NCBI GenBank assembly: GCA_010909165.1
Contig: VJWM01000182.1
Location: 372,001 to 436,000 of the forward strand
From: Anthoceros angustus
Taxonomy: Eukaryota; Plantae; Anthocerotophyta
Direction: 5' to 3'
Length of the DNA stretch: 64,000 bases
The translations under genes were made by a program, and so were the position numbers. The notes beneath the pieces were generated by a model. It did not search any database and was not told the DNA's origin. It saw only the letters and a program-made list of their open reading frames with translations. Positions 38,446 to 52,850 of this stretch are shown here, piece after piece; the first letter of the stretch is position 1, and each line of letters begins with the position of its first letter.

Positions 38446-40928
38446 ATGCAACTGCGGGAGCTGCTCATCATCCTGCAGCTATACGTCCCAATAGTCATCT
38501 GCATGGTCGGCCCCACTCGGGTGTGTTCGCGAGGAGCACTTTTTCAGCATGGCAGTTGTGTGATGGATCTGGATTTCGTACTTGACAGATGGGACAGCTT
38601 GGATCTTGTGGGTGTAATTCGATTGTTTTGCCTGCTTTCGGAAAATGCAACGCAGGCAGAGATTAATGTGAGGCTCATGGAGAGCTCCTTGAATGACCTG
38701 TATCGTACAAGGTGTGTGCTTCTGCCGGATTTTTGTGTCTCAGCATGTCAAAGACTGTTAGCTTGGGACGTGTTTTCAGATTCTCTGACTACTCCGCTGG
38801 CAGTGATGTGCTCTTGACAGAGATCCAAGCACTGGTGTCTCGGCATCCTCTTGTTCTGAGTGTAAGAGGTTTCTTTCGCTGATCCGCTGGGAGCTGGATT
38901 GAAGCTGCCCATGATCATCACAATGTTCCCATAGACGTCTGTTTGATTGCAGGTGGAGGACCTTCAGGCTGCAGCAAATGGTTACCGTGCTGAGATAAGA
39001 GTTGTGACTGTTGAATTTGGTGGCAGGAATGCCAGCTCTGCAGAGAAATTGCGCCTTCTTCTGGTGTGTACTTTTTATCGTGAGCTTTTTGGAAGAATCT
39101 GTTCCGTTCATCACAGCGTTGACAAGGGATGGTGTTGATGTGGGCGAGCACAGGATTTTGGACAGCATGGGCGGGAACTCGTCACCTCTGAAGTTGCTAT
39201 GCGACTCATGAGAATCCTTGTGGGTGAACACAACTCCCTCTTTATGGAGAACCCAAGGTTACATCGTATTCTGTCCAACTCGGTCATCAAGGTGGACCAA
39301 GATCCATTCCGTTTCTCTGTAATGGATCTGGAAAGTTCTGTCTTTAGTGAAGCACAACAGCAATGGTGTCATCGTTTACATTCTTCTCCTTTGTGTAGCA
39401 GGTTAGCTCTGCATTGCAGATCTCTTTGATAATGGATCAGTTACAGGGTTTTCCAGATTGTGGCCATGGAGAATGTCGGTGGTCGGAAGAAAGTTGAAGC
39501 AGGAGACTTCTGCGAAAGGAAAAATGGTTCGTGAATGTGGTAAAGTTCCATTTAGTTGCTTGTTCTGCGTTTTTGTCCAAGAAGATTAAAGAATACTTCG
39601 TTTACGAATCACATCCAACTTTTGATACCAGGCAGGGGTGTTGATACAAACCGAAATTGGGGACTCGACTGGGGCAAGAAAGAGAAGGTACGTGCTCAGC
39701 ACTGGAGGACAATGCAATAGGAAACTGCTTCAGTTCCGATGATCCTGAATATTTTGTTGTGGGACGACTGAAGGATTACGATCCAGCAGAGGAGTACCCT
39801 GGGACTGCACCCTTTAGTGAGCCAGAAACTAGGATCTTGAGAGGGCTTGCTGAGAATTTTAAACCTCACCTTTGGGTTAATGTCCATTCTGGAATGGAGG
39901 TAAACAGAGTCTAACCTTGTCCAGATTTGGTTGCTAAAGGCTTAGCACAAAACAGGTTGTACAAAGTGATGAATATCATTTGGTTCTTCTTTCTACTGCA
40001 GGCTTTGTTTATGCCATATGACCACAAGAACACAATGCCGGATGATGGCTCAGCAGAACACATGATGCTGCTGCTCCAGGCAATCAATCGATTGCACTGC
40101 AACAGCAGCTGCATTGTGGGCTCAGGTGGCGGGGCAGTAGGGTAAGTCCCTCCATCACCAGGCATGAGGATGGCCCTATCGTTTGCTCCTTTGTTGCGCG
40201 TGGAGAGGTTGACTTCGCCATGCATGTCCTTGTACGATCCCAGCTATTTGGCGCATGGAACTGCGACTGACTTCATGTTTGACGGGTTGAGGGTGCCCCT
40301 GGCTTTCACATTCGAGGTGAGCATTTGATTTGTCCACTCTTCCAGTTTGTTTAGACAAAGGATGTGTCACAACTCTTCTCTGCCCATGCTGCAGATCTAT
40401 GGAGACTCTAAAGCATCCAACGAGGAGTGTTTCCGTATGTTCAACCCAGTTTCAATGAGTCATTTTGAGGTTTGTGGAAGGGGTGGCCCTCTTCGTACTG
40501 TTTTGGATTATGCTCCACGTTTGTGCATCGTGTGACCTCAGCTGTGTTGTACTTCGCAGGAAGTGGTTTCGAACTGGTCGGAGGCTTTCATCACTCTCAT
40601 CTTGAACTTGCCCACCGCTCTTAGGAGCATGCCCGGAAGGGTCTGGGCGCAAGCCAGGCAAAGTGACTGGTCCAACTCGGAGGCCATTAAGTTGGGAACA
40701 CAAGGGAGAGATGGTAGGCCTTTGCGAATTTGGCCTGGAATGGATGCAGGCATTGGTCAGACTTTTCACAGGCGGAACGAAGCTGAACTAGCAATGCACC
40801 AGTTTCTCATCCTTCTGGTCATTCTGTGGGGCCTCGCTTTGGGTGTTGTTGTGTACCTTTTGTGCAAGCATGGCTACAGGTGGCGAAAGTCCCTACAGTG
40901 GCGCCCAGTCCGGAGACCTGCAGTCTGA
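38446..40928 (+). CDS. M14-family zinc carboxypeptidase with N-terminal signal-like segment and C-terminal transmembrane helix, multi-exon
   Basis: FGQHGRELVTSE (HxxE), GRGVDTNRNW, YPGTAPFSEPE, WVNVHSGMEALFMPYDH, YLAHGTATDFMF, FTFEIYG; C-terminal FLILLVILWGLALGVVVYLLC. Start and first intron are uncertain. Confidence 0.88.
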
Positions 40929-41171
40929 TCTCAAGGCCAGTTGTTGTTCTGAGGAGAACCTGCACTAATGACAACTTGAGGATAGCACCAACTCACAGAC
41001 GGCAGGTGATGCCACCTGGGTTTTGAGCCTGAGAGCTGCCAGGTGAGAGCTGCCACACCATGCTGAGTGTGAAGGGGTTGGGCTCACATCAACGCACATG
41101 CTCCCGTACCTATGGCGACTGTTCTGTCCGGACCCTCACGGACTCTGGTAGGAAAAGCAACAAATCTGGGT

Positions 41172-41300
41172 AGAAGAAGAAGAAGAAGAAGAAGTGGATT
41201 GTATTATAGTCCACTTGGACGAAATTTTCCTGTCATGGGACTTGATACTTAACAACTTGTACCATGGTGTGCGGAAGCTACTTGCACCAAGGGCATCCAC
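41172..41300 (-). mobile_element. Third copy of the (TTC)n-tailed short repeat, downstream of the carboxypeptidase gene
   Basis: (AGA)n run at 41172-41193 followed by the reverse complement of the 6255-6371 sequence. Confidence 0.6.
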
Positions 41301-41774
41301 TGCAAGGGTACTGGCCGGTTAATGACAGGTGAAATTTCCAGATCTGTGGTTCGGTATATTCCTAGTGAACGCTGTGCGGAAGATAGTTTTCTCTTCATGC
41401 TATCTTCTTCTTTTTTCACACTGAACTCGTGGATTTATTTAGAGTAGGCCCGTAGGGCTTTTACAAGAGGCAGCCTGCTGTCCCAGCAGTGATCCCACCT
41501 ATGATGCTTGACCCGGGAATTGCAATGGATCCAATCAGATTGACAACATTAAATGACTTTTACAATCTTTGATAAAGGCCTTGGCGAAAAAACCAATTCG
41601 CACACATGCCACTTGGGGATGCCCACCAATTCACATACGCACTGCTTGGACAGCCAGCCCCTTTAAACCAGTTCCGATTCCGTCATCAGTTTTCACAGTA
41701 ATATCGTTTCCTCAACTCTGAACACCCAGGAAACCCAAAGAAGATTTGTGTCCGCTGCTCCTTCAACTTCTACG

Positions 41775-42028
41775 TCTCAACGAGTCCTGGGCAGACTCAA
41801 CAAATCCTGGGCCGACTCAAGTCTCAACAAGTCCTGGGCAGATTCAATTTCTCAAGTCTCAACAAATCCTGGGCCGACTCCGGTCTCAACAAGTCCTGGG
41901 CAGACTCAATTTCTCAAGTCTCAACAAGTCCTGGGCGGACTCCGGTCTCAACAAGTCCTGGGCAGACTCAATGTCTCAAGTCCCAACAAGTCCCGGGCGG
42001 ACTCAGGTCCCGAAGAGTCTTGGGCAGT
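41775..42028. repeat. Minisatellite, ~9 copies of 24-bp core TCTCAACAAGTCCTGGGCAGACTC with alternating 3- and 11-bp linkers
   Basis: Read directly; 27+35 bp higher-order dimer. Confidence 0.9.
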
Positions 42029-43447
42029 GTTCTATTTCAGTGAAATAAAACTTGGACGATAGCCATATCATCGTTACATTATGCACTGGCCGGGAATCGA
42101 ACCCTTGCCCACTTCCTCACATAAATGTTCCACCACGAGACTGCACCATCAGTGCTATCCTGCGCAGATTGAAGTCGCCAACTATGGTATGACCTCCAAC
42201 TAGGCATTCGATAACTCGAATCGTGGCACTGCGAGCTTGCCGCGTCTCTTAGTAACCAGTGGCTGTGCCATTGCACATGCATGCCAACTCAACACAAAGA
42301 AGGCATTGGTAAGACAACGGCCAACGTGAATCGTCACTCTCTGCTCCCACTGGGATCCCCTTGCAACAAGCCATGCAAGGAGGTTTTTGTGGAGAGAAGT
42401 TCAAAACGAAAGGTGATGATTACTAGAAGCGGAATTTGTGTGCTTCCGCCATCCGTCGTGGTAGTGAAGAGTCACTACCCAAGCAGACACAAGCTAGATA
42501 CTTTTCGGAGTATCATGATAAGGACAGGATTGAGCATCTAGATGGCACTCTCCGGTACTTAACTCTTACTCCAGAGCGGTCGCAAAGCAGCATAACAAAG
42601 AAACTGAAACTACCAAGGACACAGAAGCTGGCAACTTCTGAGAGTACCATGAGGAAAACAATTACTGGGCATCCAGATTTGTGCTCTTCAGTACTTCGAC
42701 TAGCATTCCATAGGAAGGGCAACGTGCAAGACCAAAGACCACTAGCATTGCAAGAAGATAAGCGTTACTTTCCGACTGTTCTGCACTGTCTGAAGTCAAC
42801 CCCACTTGGAACGGGTTGACTAATTCTGATGCAGTTCTTTCTGTAGGCATACTTAGACCTCAGCTACAACAAGAAGCAAAGTAGCTGTCTGTCACAGGGT
42901 GCCGTACAAATACAAGACTCAAGTACTTACTACAGACTCCGAACCCGTTGGAAAAGCACACGATGCACCATGGGAAAACACTATCAGACCAATACATCTA
43001 GACATCCACGTTGGCAAATATTACCTTTGCACTGTTTTGCAGTGTCTGAAGTCAACTCCACTAGAAATAGGATAACTAATTCTGCTGCAAGCTGTCTGTC
43101 GGCATTCTGTTAAAACAGGGACAATCAAAAAGTGTGCCTGCAGCTAACAGGGTGCCCTAGGGTGAACCACCCGAGTAGAGGAGGACCGACATTACATGAC
43201 ATCATCCTTCAGTCCACAAGGCCAAACGCAACACTCTAAAGAAGATCCTTCCCCCTACAATGCGCACTGCAGGCTTGTTTAAAGAGGGTCTCAAACTGTA
43301 CACAGAGAGTTCATTCCATTACACATGTATCGTACAGGCAGCAACTCTAACAATAAACTCCTACCAGCTAAAGAATTTATATAACAAAGCCAGTATAGAC
43401 AATCACCAGATATCAACTGAGGTTGCTGTCTAAATCAAATCCTTGTG

Positions 43448-44844
43448 CTATGTACGTAATGAGGTCCTTGGAACTTGAGGAAACCCAAATTCATCCGCAG
43501 CCTGTCACACAATCAAGCCCGCTGTTAGGAACAGTGTTCCATGTCAGTAAGTCCAAATGTACCACACGTTTCAAATACCGAGGTTCTTAGTCTGCAGCAT
43601 TCCCAAGACCCACGTGGTCCTACAACCCACCTGAGGGTTAGCCTGTGGAACAGGATTGTGGCCAGACGGAGCTGCTGGCAGGTTTAAATCGGAATCCGGC
43701 TCAGTTTCAGTCTCAGGTTGCAAATAGGAAGGAACGCTCTCGGGTGTCTCAATACCCATGTCCGCTTCTAACGCATCGAGCTCTGCACAAAAAGATAAGC
43801 TATTAGAAAACATGAATCCAAACGACAGAAATCCATTTCTAACGCCTCTATCCAACAAATGCGAGGCAATCTGGCCAAAAAGCTCACCGCCCATCAGCTC
43901 TTCCTCATCTAAATCGTCAGGCACACTGTAACTGCGACCTAGGGACTCTTGAATCTCTGAGCTGTAATCAACCAAATCCATCATCTCATCTTGCATTTTC
44001 TGTCACAAAAAACCACAGGTGAGATCAGGAAGCACAAAATTCAGCAGACAACCCGTGACAGGTTCCGAGAGAAAGCCAGGGCTCACATCGATATCATCAA
44101 TTTTCAGCGTCTTCATTGTTCCCTTCAGCTCCTTGTTAGCAACCTTCATGGCCGCCATCTAGACACAACACACACACACACACGTCATCAGTCCCACCAT
44201 TTCCATCAGCAATCAAACTGCCACTTTCAACATTACCGACCACTCACAGTTTGCTGTGCATCTTTGATGCTTTCAGTAGCAAAGGACACTTGTTCCAGGT
44301 TAAAGGTCTGATTGTACAGCTGGTCCCTCTGCCCCTCGTACCTACAGTTCCACAAACACCCCCTTCAGTACCGCATCATCTCCAGTCGGCTCGGGCACCA
44401 CTATCCAAAAAACAACCTAGTCAAACTCCTAAGAACTCCATGCCATATTCAAAACCGCACACGAATCAGAGGCAGAGAGCTACATCTTCTTCTGCTTCAA
44501 AAGCCTCATGGCACGTGCTTTGATGGCCTCTTGAGCAGGCCCAGGCCGCGTTTTCTTCAGTTGCTCCTTGTACCGCACCAGCTCTCCGTCAAGCTTCCTG
44601 ATCTTCTCATCCACGGTGTCTCCTCTTTTGTTGATCTGTAGAGCCAGGGCAGCCAGCTGCATCAAGGACTCCGAAACCCTATCCACCAGTGCTCTTCACA
44701 AATCCAACCGCGGCAAGCCGTGACACTATCTACTGCGTTCCAGGCACTCTGCAGAGCTGACGGCAGGACTATTACCCTCTCGGTCGCCTCCTCCACCGTG
44801 GGAGGCGGCACCTTGTCCTTTTTGGCACCGAACACGCGCCTCAT
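43448..44844 (-). CDS. VPS60: ESCRT-III-associated Snf7-family protein VPS60/CHMP5, multi-exon
   Basis: MRRVFGAKKDK...INKRGDTVDEKIRKLDGEL...[27 protein letters not shown]...EIQESLGRSYSVPDDLDEEELMGELDALE...DEFGFPQVPRTSLRT*. Confidence 0.95.
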
Positions 44845-45480
44845 CGCCGCTCAACAGGCGCCTCTCGGTGTTGCACAACGTGAAGCAGAAGAATTCCGGC
44901 CAGTCACAGCACTGCTTGCAATACGATATCAATCATGCCGCCCCGAGCTTCCACGTGAAGAGGAAGAAGAACACCAATCCTTTCAAAGTCCGTAAAGGCC
45001 GAGTCGTAAGCTCCAGGCTATTATCCTCCTATCCGAAGGAAGCAGGCCTCCCACGCACGACGCCTGTGCTGCCAGACCCGTCCCCCAACACTCTTTCCGG
45101 GGCATAGCATTCAATGAACAACGAACGTACTACCATTGGTTCGCAGGGTTTCCTTCAATCAACACTAGGAATGGGAAACAACGTCGTCACCTCGTCGGTA
45201 TCCCATTTTAGGGTGTCGCACATTAGGTACCATACTTATGTAAACCTCGGATCGTTTAACACTGGTCCTTACAGGTTTCCAGGTTTCACCTGCTCTTTAC
45301 AGGTCTACAGAATACGACATATCGATTCCACAGTACATTCTCACCTCGCGGGAACTCCAAAAGGCTGGAAACTGCTCAGGGCCTGATATTTTCGATTCGG
45401 TATCTCACAGCTGGGATCTTTCCCGACAGGTTGACTGACTAGTTCAAAGAGTTGAGAGAAACAGAGAGATGATACAACAG

Positions 45481-45630
45481 ATCGGCGACAACAGGAAGAT
45501 TCGAAAATTTGGCAACACAAAGGATGATTAAATTATTGGCAGCAAAAGGATGATTCACTAGTTTAGCGACAAAAAGGATGATTTGATTATTGGCAGAAAA
45601 AGATGATTAAATAGTTGGGCAACAGAAGCT
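45481..45630. repeat. Degenerate ~27-bp tandem repeat (GGCA.CAAAAGGATGATT...) 3' of SAHH
   Basis: Five to six imperfect copies visible. Confidence 0.7.
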
Positions 45631-45786
45631 TGACTTAGAAAAGAGAGAATGTCTAGCTGACACGATTCACGCAACATCTCAGATGCGAGAGAGATGTCAC
45701 CGTTGTCCTTGTTAGGCCTACAATTGACCTGCAAGTCCTACACAAAAAGCAACCCGAGGACTGATCCTAACACTCTCGCAGACCAT

Positions 45787-47426
<1,640 letters not shown>

Positions 47427-48149
47427 GGCGTCCGCTGCGTGGAAGAAACCTGAGACGGCGAGGCGGGAGGGAGAGGCCGGGCAGACGAGCGAACTCTACA
47501 GAAGCGAGCGACTGATGAAACTCTCCCGCTCCAGCCTGCCTTTTTAACGCGCCACTCTCTTTCCCGGCTGGCCTCGGCTGGCTTTCCTGCCTGGCTGTGA
47601 GGAGAGATGTCGACGTGCTAGGGCTTGGGAGTGGTTGCCCCAGACCTAAAACATCCAACCACCATTCTTTTACCTTTCCGTGATACATTTGTCGGCAGCA
47701 GCTGACGTGACCAGCTTCCCTCCACCACTGCACTCACTCCGGTCTGCAGTGCCTGCCTATTCTTGAAGTGGGTAATCCTGACTTGAGATTTTAATCCTCC
47801 ACCTACATAACTAGGTGCTCATTTTTTTAGTTTTGGGTACATACCTCAACCCATAGTTTTGAATCCTCAAGTACACTAAGCTGGATCTCTTCATCCTTTC
47901 CTTTGGAGATGAGTGAGCTACTTTGGAGGGTGAGTGAGGTACTTTGATGAAATGAGTGAAGATTTTGGGTAGATTTTAGCAACATTTATATAGAAGCTTT
48001 ATCACTCTCGTGTACCCCTATGAAGCATAGCTACTTTTTTCTACTTAGTTGTCTCTTGCCGGCAAAGTGTGTTTCCAACTCTTCAAAGAAGGAGGACTGT
48101 ATTTAAGAGAGGAGAGATGGGGTGAGCCCATCTACCAGAAGGACATCAC

Positions 48150-48800
48150 AGGAGACCCTAAGGGTCCTAGTATTTAAGAGGGAGCAATTAAGTCTGTATC
48201 TAAAGTCGCCTACAGCTCCTACAATGTCATAACTAGGAAGGATGAAATTTATTCATTCATACGGAGGTTGTAGAGGAAACATCACTGGCTAGTATGGTTG
48301 TCCTCAATATTGCTCGTTAAGGGTTGTAGTAAGAGGGTTGCTCCTAAGGGTTGTAGTAAGAGAGAGCAACTAAGCTCCGCATCTAAAGTCGCCCATAGCT
48401 CTTTCAATGCGATATGTCATAACTAGGAAGGTTGAAAGGCCTACATTCTATGGATGTTGTAGAGGAAACATCCCCTGCCCACATGACTGTCCTCAAAATT
48501 GCTTCTGCAAGTGCCTATCCGAGGGCCAAGAAGGGCTTTAGCAACGAGTGTTTAGTGTTTAGTGATCTTTGAAGGCGTAGCAAGAAGTAGATTTAACGGA
48601 ATGATAATGGATGGTGATGCTTGCTCGATTACCTCTATACTATGTAGATTTCTAGATTTTAAGGTCATGATAATGGATGATGAAGCTTGATCGATTACCT
48701 CTGTGGTATGTAGATTTTAAGATTTTAATTTTATGATAATGGATGGTGATGCTTGCTCAATTACCTCTAGAGATGTTATGTAGAACTTGTCATCTTGCTG
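48150..48800. repeat. Local duplications: ~180-bp pair (48180/48363) and three ~66-bp units (48600-48780)
   Basis: GAGCAA.TAAG...ATCTAAAGTCGCC...TTGTAGAGGAAACATC occurs twice; ATGATAATGGATG.TGA.GCTTG.TC.ATTACCTCT occurs three times. Confidence 0.8.
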
Positions 48801-49049
48801 GATATGAAGTCAAAGGTCCAATAATCGTAGTGGTATGTAGATTTTTTTATCTTGTTGAATATGAAGTCAGGGTACAATAGACAACCTTAGCTCTACTAGA
48901 TCTGGAACATAGCTCATAACATCATATGTGGTATTTCATCTCTCTAGTCAATCGACATACTCACACGTTTCCACATTATCTTTCTCTTCTAAATCATAAA
49001 ATAACCCTTAAGAGTACAAGAGAATGATGGTTTGTACATTGAGCTTATC

Positions 49050-50220
49050 TTGATGGCTTCAGAACCTTACAGGCCCTAAAATAGAGATTGTAAAACAAGC
49101 GGCCCCGTAGGACTTCAAAACAGGCATGTCATTAAGGGTCCAAAGTGGGGTGGGAGGTACTCCATCCCAACAGTGATTTGACCGGAGGGTTTCTTAACTA
49201 AAAACTTTCAATCAACTCCTAACTATTGTGACCGGAGGGTTTCTTAACTAAAAACTTTCAATGAACTCCTAACTATTGTGTCACGCCTGAGAGCTTCAAA
49301 ACCTTACAACAATAGCCCTTTTTTGCGGGCATGACAAAGAGATCATATATTAAGCGGCCTCGAAAGGCTTCATAACCACCAAGGGCCTTGAGTGGTAAGG
49401 AGTACTAGTGGGAGGTATCCCATCTCAATAGTGATCTCACCAGAAGGGGAGGGTTGCTTAACCACGAAGTTTCAATGAACTCTTGGATATTGTGTCACTC
49501 CTAAAGAGAGGCCCTATCCAATAGTGATATGACCAAAGGGTTGCCTAATCACGGAGTTTGAATGAACTCTTGGATATTGTGTCACTCCTGAAGGGAGGCC
49601 CTATCCAATAGTGATTTGACCGAAGGTTTGCTTAATCACGAACCTTGGAGACTTTATTGCAGAAAAAGAGATGGGAAAATCCCATCAACCCCGTGACAAG
49701 GGTGAAAAACCCACATAAGGGCACCAGGCCAAGGGGGACTAGCCCCCACTATCGCCGATCTTGAAACTACTTACCACTTCAAGAATGTCGTGGTCAGGGA
49801 TAAGGAAGGGCCTACCTACCACAGGAGCTGAAAGATCCCGCCTCTCCGACACTTGTTGATGATCGGTACACTATGTTGGCCAACGCCCTTTGCAGAGCGA
49901 TTGACAACCGTTGCAGAAAGAAAGCCACAATATAAAAAAAGGGGAGGCCAACCCCGTTCCTGTGATCTGGTAGGCCCTGGCCTATGCCTTGATGAACCTT
50001 AAGAAATCTTTACCCATGGCCCCATGGGTCTCGATGGCAAGGGGAACGAAAGTGTGCCTAGCCTGCCAAGGAGAGTACTTAAGGACCTTCGCAATTGCAC
50101 ACCCCTCTGCTGCCCACCCCGGTTGCTTAATCACGAAGTTTCAATGAACTCTTAGATATTATGTCATAATCACGGAGTTTCAATGAACACTTGGATGTTG
50201 TGTTAGTCCTGAAGGGAGAA
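49050..50220 (+). repeat. Array of ~90-bp repeats (AATAGTGAT...GGTTGCTTAATCACGAAGTTTCAATGAACTC...TGTGTCA) interrupted by a retroelement
   Basis: Multiple imperfect copies; same family as 30415-30830. Confidence 0.8.
49643..50121 (-). mobile_element. 5'-truncated non-LTR retrotransposon fragment encoding a restriction-like endonuclease (RLE) C-terminus (CRE/R2-type), with ~15-bp target-site duplication
   Basis: Minus-strand peptides AKVLKY...TFVPLAIETHGPW and FLQRLSIALQRALA match the K..KY / F.P...ET.G / QR.SI.LQR pattern of RLE elements. TTGCTTAATCACGAA flanks both sides (49628-49642, 50123-50137). Confidence 0.7.
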
Positions 50221-50226
50221 CGAAAT

Positions 50227-50435
50227 TACAAAGGGAGACCAAAGGGTGGAGAGCAAAGAAAAGGGGCCAAGTAATTTTGGATTAGACGAGCTAACTCACA
50301 AAGGGAGACCAAAGGGCGGAGAACAAAGAAAAGGGCCCAAATAACTTTGGAATAGACAAGCCAACTCACAAAGGGAGACCAAAGGGCGGAGAGCAAATAA
50401 AAAGGCCAGAGTAACTTTGGAATAGACAAGCCAAA
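50227..50435. repeat. Three ~70-bp tandem repeats
   Basis: ACAAAGGGAGACCAAAGGG.GGAGA.CAAA...TAA.TTTGGA.TAGAC.AGC occurs three times. Confidence 0.9.
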
Positions 50436-51079
50436 GGGGCATGAGTAATCTAGCCTTAGGTTGGATTCGCATGAGCCCAGGGGCCGTGCTCGGTATGTCG
50501 GCATGCATTCGTATAGACCGTGAAAGTAGGAACATAGGACCAGCTAGATTTGCCGGCTCCCTTGAAACTTAAGTTATAAAAATGGATCGATAGCTAAGGT
50601 TTGAGGGTGCACTTGAGTTGTTCCTTGTTGCGTTTGAATAGATCCTGCATTCGATTGCTTGCTTTGTCCAAGTGCTTGAAGAATTGTTGGTACGTTTTAA
50701 ATTTGATTGTCTTGTTGTGAAATGGATGACCTTGAGGGATATTTTGAAATATGTGTGCCTCTCCTCATGGATGTTATTGTGGCAGTCTCGAAGTTTTCTC
50801 ATGTTCCTTACCAACATTACAATGTCTTGCACAAAGATCGGTATGTGAAGAAGATCTCGGCGGTACATTGCTTTATGCTGTCTTGCAGGAAATCAATGAT
50901 GTTTTAGCATTCGTTGCTTCCTTGTCTCGCATTCCCCCTGACTTAATTAATGGTACTCAATATGAAGCTTATTATTTCAAGTCCATGGGCTTGATTTCTA
51001 CCTTCTTTATCGCCATCCAATTGCTATCGAAGACCCACAAAGATTTTCCAAGTTATAAGATTCAGCCCACAATTATTTG

Positions 51080-52680
51080 AGTACATTTGTTGCTTGGTGA
51101 GTCCGTCTTTAAAACCCACAATTGTGCCTAGCTTGGGGTCCATAGGGGGTAGGGTAATACCCGTTGACAAGCAGATGATGATTGCTCTTCGACGGCTAAC
51201 TACAGGGGATTCCTATCTTCGCGTAAGAGAAAGTTTCTCTGAACTTGGCTGGACTACAACTTTCAACGTGTGGAGACGTTGTGTTACACCTATATTGGAC
51301 CATAGATAATCTTATTTACAATGGCCTATTCAAGAGGCTCTCGCTATTGCGAAGGAAGGCTTCTGATTGAAACAAGAAATACCCTACTGTTATGGAGCAA
51401 TAAATGCTACGCATTTTGAATATGGATGGTGGTAGAAAGAGCCATTGGGCAATTGAAATGTGTGTGGCATATTTCAGGTAGAAAGGGATGGAGGTTAAAA
51501 TCGAAGTACTTTGCGGAAATCTAGTACATTTCCTACATTCTTCATAGCATCGGAATAGCCAGCAGTGAGCTTACAAATCGAAGACTCTACGAAGGCTATC
51601 CACTTCCACGTGCAAAAGAACATAGAGCAACTACGTTGCCTAAAGATAATGCATCAAATTCACATAGCCTCCGTGAAACTTCTTATGGAATGAGACATCG
51701 CACAATCGAGTAAAAACTGAAAACCTTTCACCAATAACCAGCTCTAGTAATGGATGTAGCTTTTTTCATTTCCTTTATGACTCATATTTTTGTTTAGCAG
51801 CTTCTAAGATGGACTCACCTAAAAACTTAATGTTATCTCAAGGCCTTTTAGAACACTGATGTATCTAATTCCCAACTCCATACTTGCAGAAAACTTTTTG
51901 CTCTCCAATGCTAATGATTCGCTATGATTCAATCTATTGAGTTCCATCACTTTAAAGTGCATTCTGTCCTTCGAATGCTCTCTGACTTCTAATGTCTTCA
52001 TGAACATCTCATGATCGGATTTCAGTCTTCATGAACATTTTCAACAGTGGCATCAAGCCAGTGACAAACTTGGAAGCACACTTCCTGTTTTTGTTGCAAT
52101 TTTGTTTTGCTGGAGACTCTGCAGTCATGCATATAGAATCAGAGTACCTAAGTTTTCGGGATTTCTCCTTGACTGGAGACTCTATAGTCCCCTCGATGTG
52201 TGAATCTGCATTGTTGCCATACTCTTCCCCGAATAGCACAAAATCTTCATCTAGTGACACAGAGTTGCGAGAAGTTGTGCCCGAGCTTTCCACACTATCA
52301 AAGACATGCCTCTCACTTCCGCATGTACCTTTTGAGTTTGTGGTGCTTCCTCGTGCTTTCACTGCAGACAGGCTATCGAAAATCCATGATACTGAGTGGC
52401 AAAGAGATTGGGATCATTACCACATGATTCATGTCCTCAATGATTTGGCACTGTGGGGCACCGCAATGAATTGAGAGACAACAGGGCCAGGGTCCTCTTT
52501 TGATTTCAAGAGGCTTCGCTTCTTTTTAGGGAGCTTTAACCATCGCTCATAGGAAATAAAAATCAAGTGGGTTTGTTCTATATTCCAAGAATTCGTGAGA
52601 AATAAAAATCAAGTGGGTTCATTCTATATTCCAAGAATTCGTGTTCCCTGTGGCCACATATATCATGATCTTCTTGTACG
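51080..52680. mobile_element. PIF/Harbinger transposon remnant: DDE transposase pseudogene (+) and convergent second ORF (-)
   Basis: VDKQMMIALRRLTTGDSY...F...TT...YLQWP...F...IPYCYGAINATHF and MVVERAIGQLKCVW match Harbinger DDE_Tnp_4 transposases, with stops and a large internal deletion. The opposite-strand fragmentary ORF (51819-52362) fits the two-ORF layout. Confidence 0.8.
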
Positions 52681-52850
52681 TGTCCTATGGGATTACTCAG
52701 CGGTTGAGTCCTATGGGATTACTCAGCGGTTGAGTTGTTAGTGCCCTTTGGGGTTACTCTACGATTGAGTTGTTAGTGCCCTATGGGATTACGCCAAATA
52801 TTAGTGCCCTATGGGATTACGCCAAATATTAGTGCTCTTCCGGTTACTCT
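52550..52850. repeat. Short tandem duplications (~46-bp pair; ~26-33-bp CCTATGGGATTAC units)
   Basis: Read directly; possibly subterminal repeats of the adjacent element. Confidence 0.8.

Noticed and set aside
41775-42028. CRISPR-like appearance of the 24-bp repeats
   Set aside because: Linkers are 3 or 11 bp and repeated rather than unique; eukaryotic context; no cas genes.
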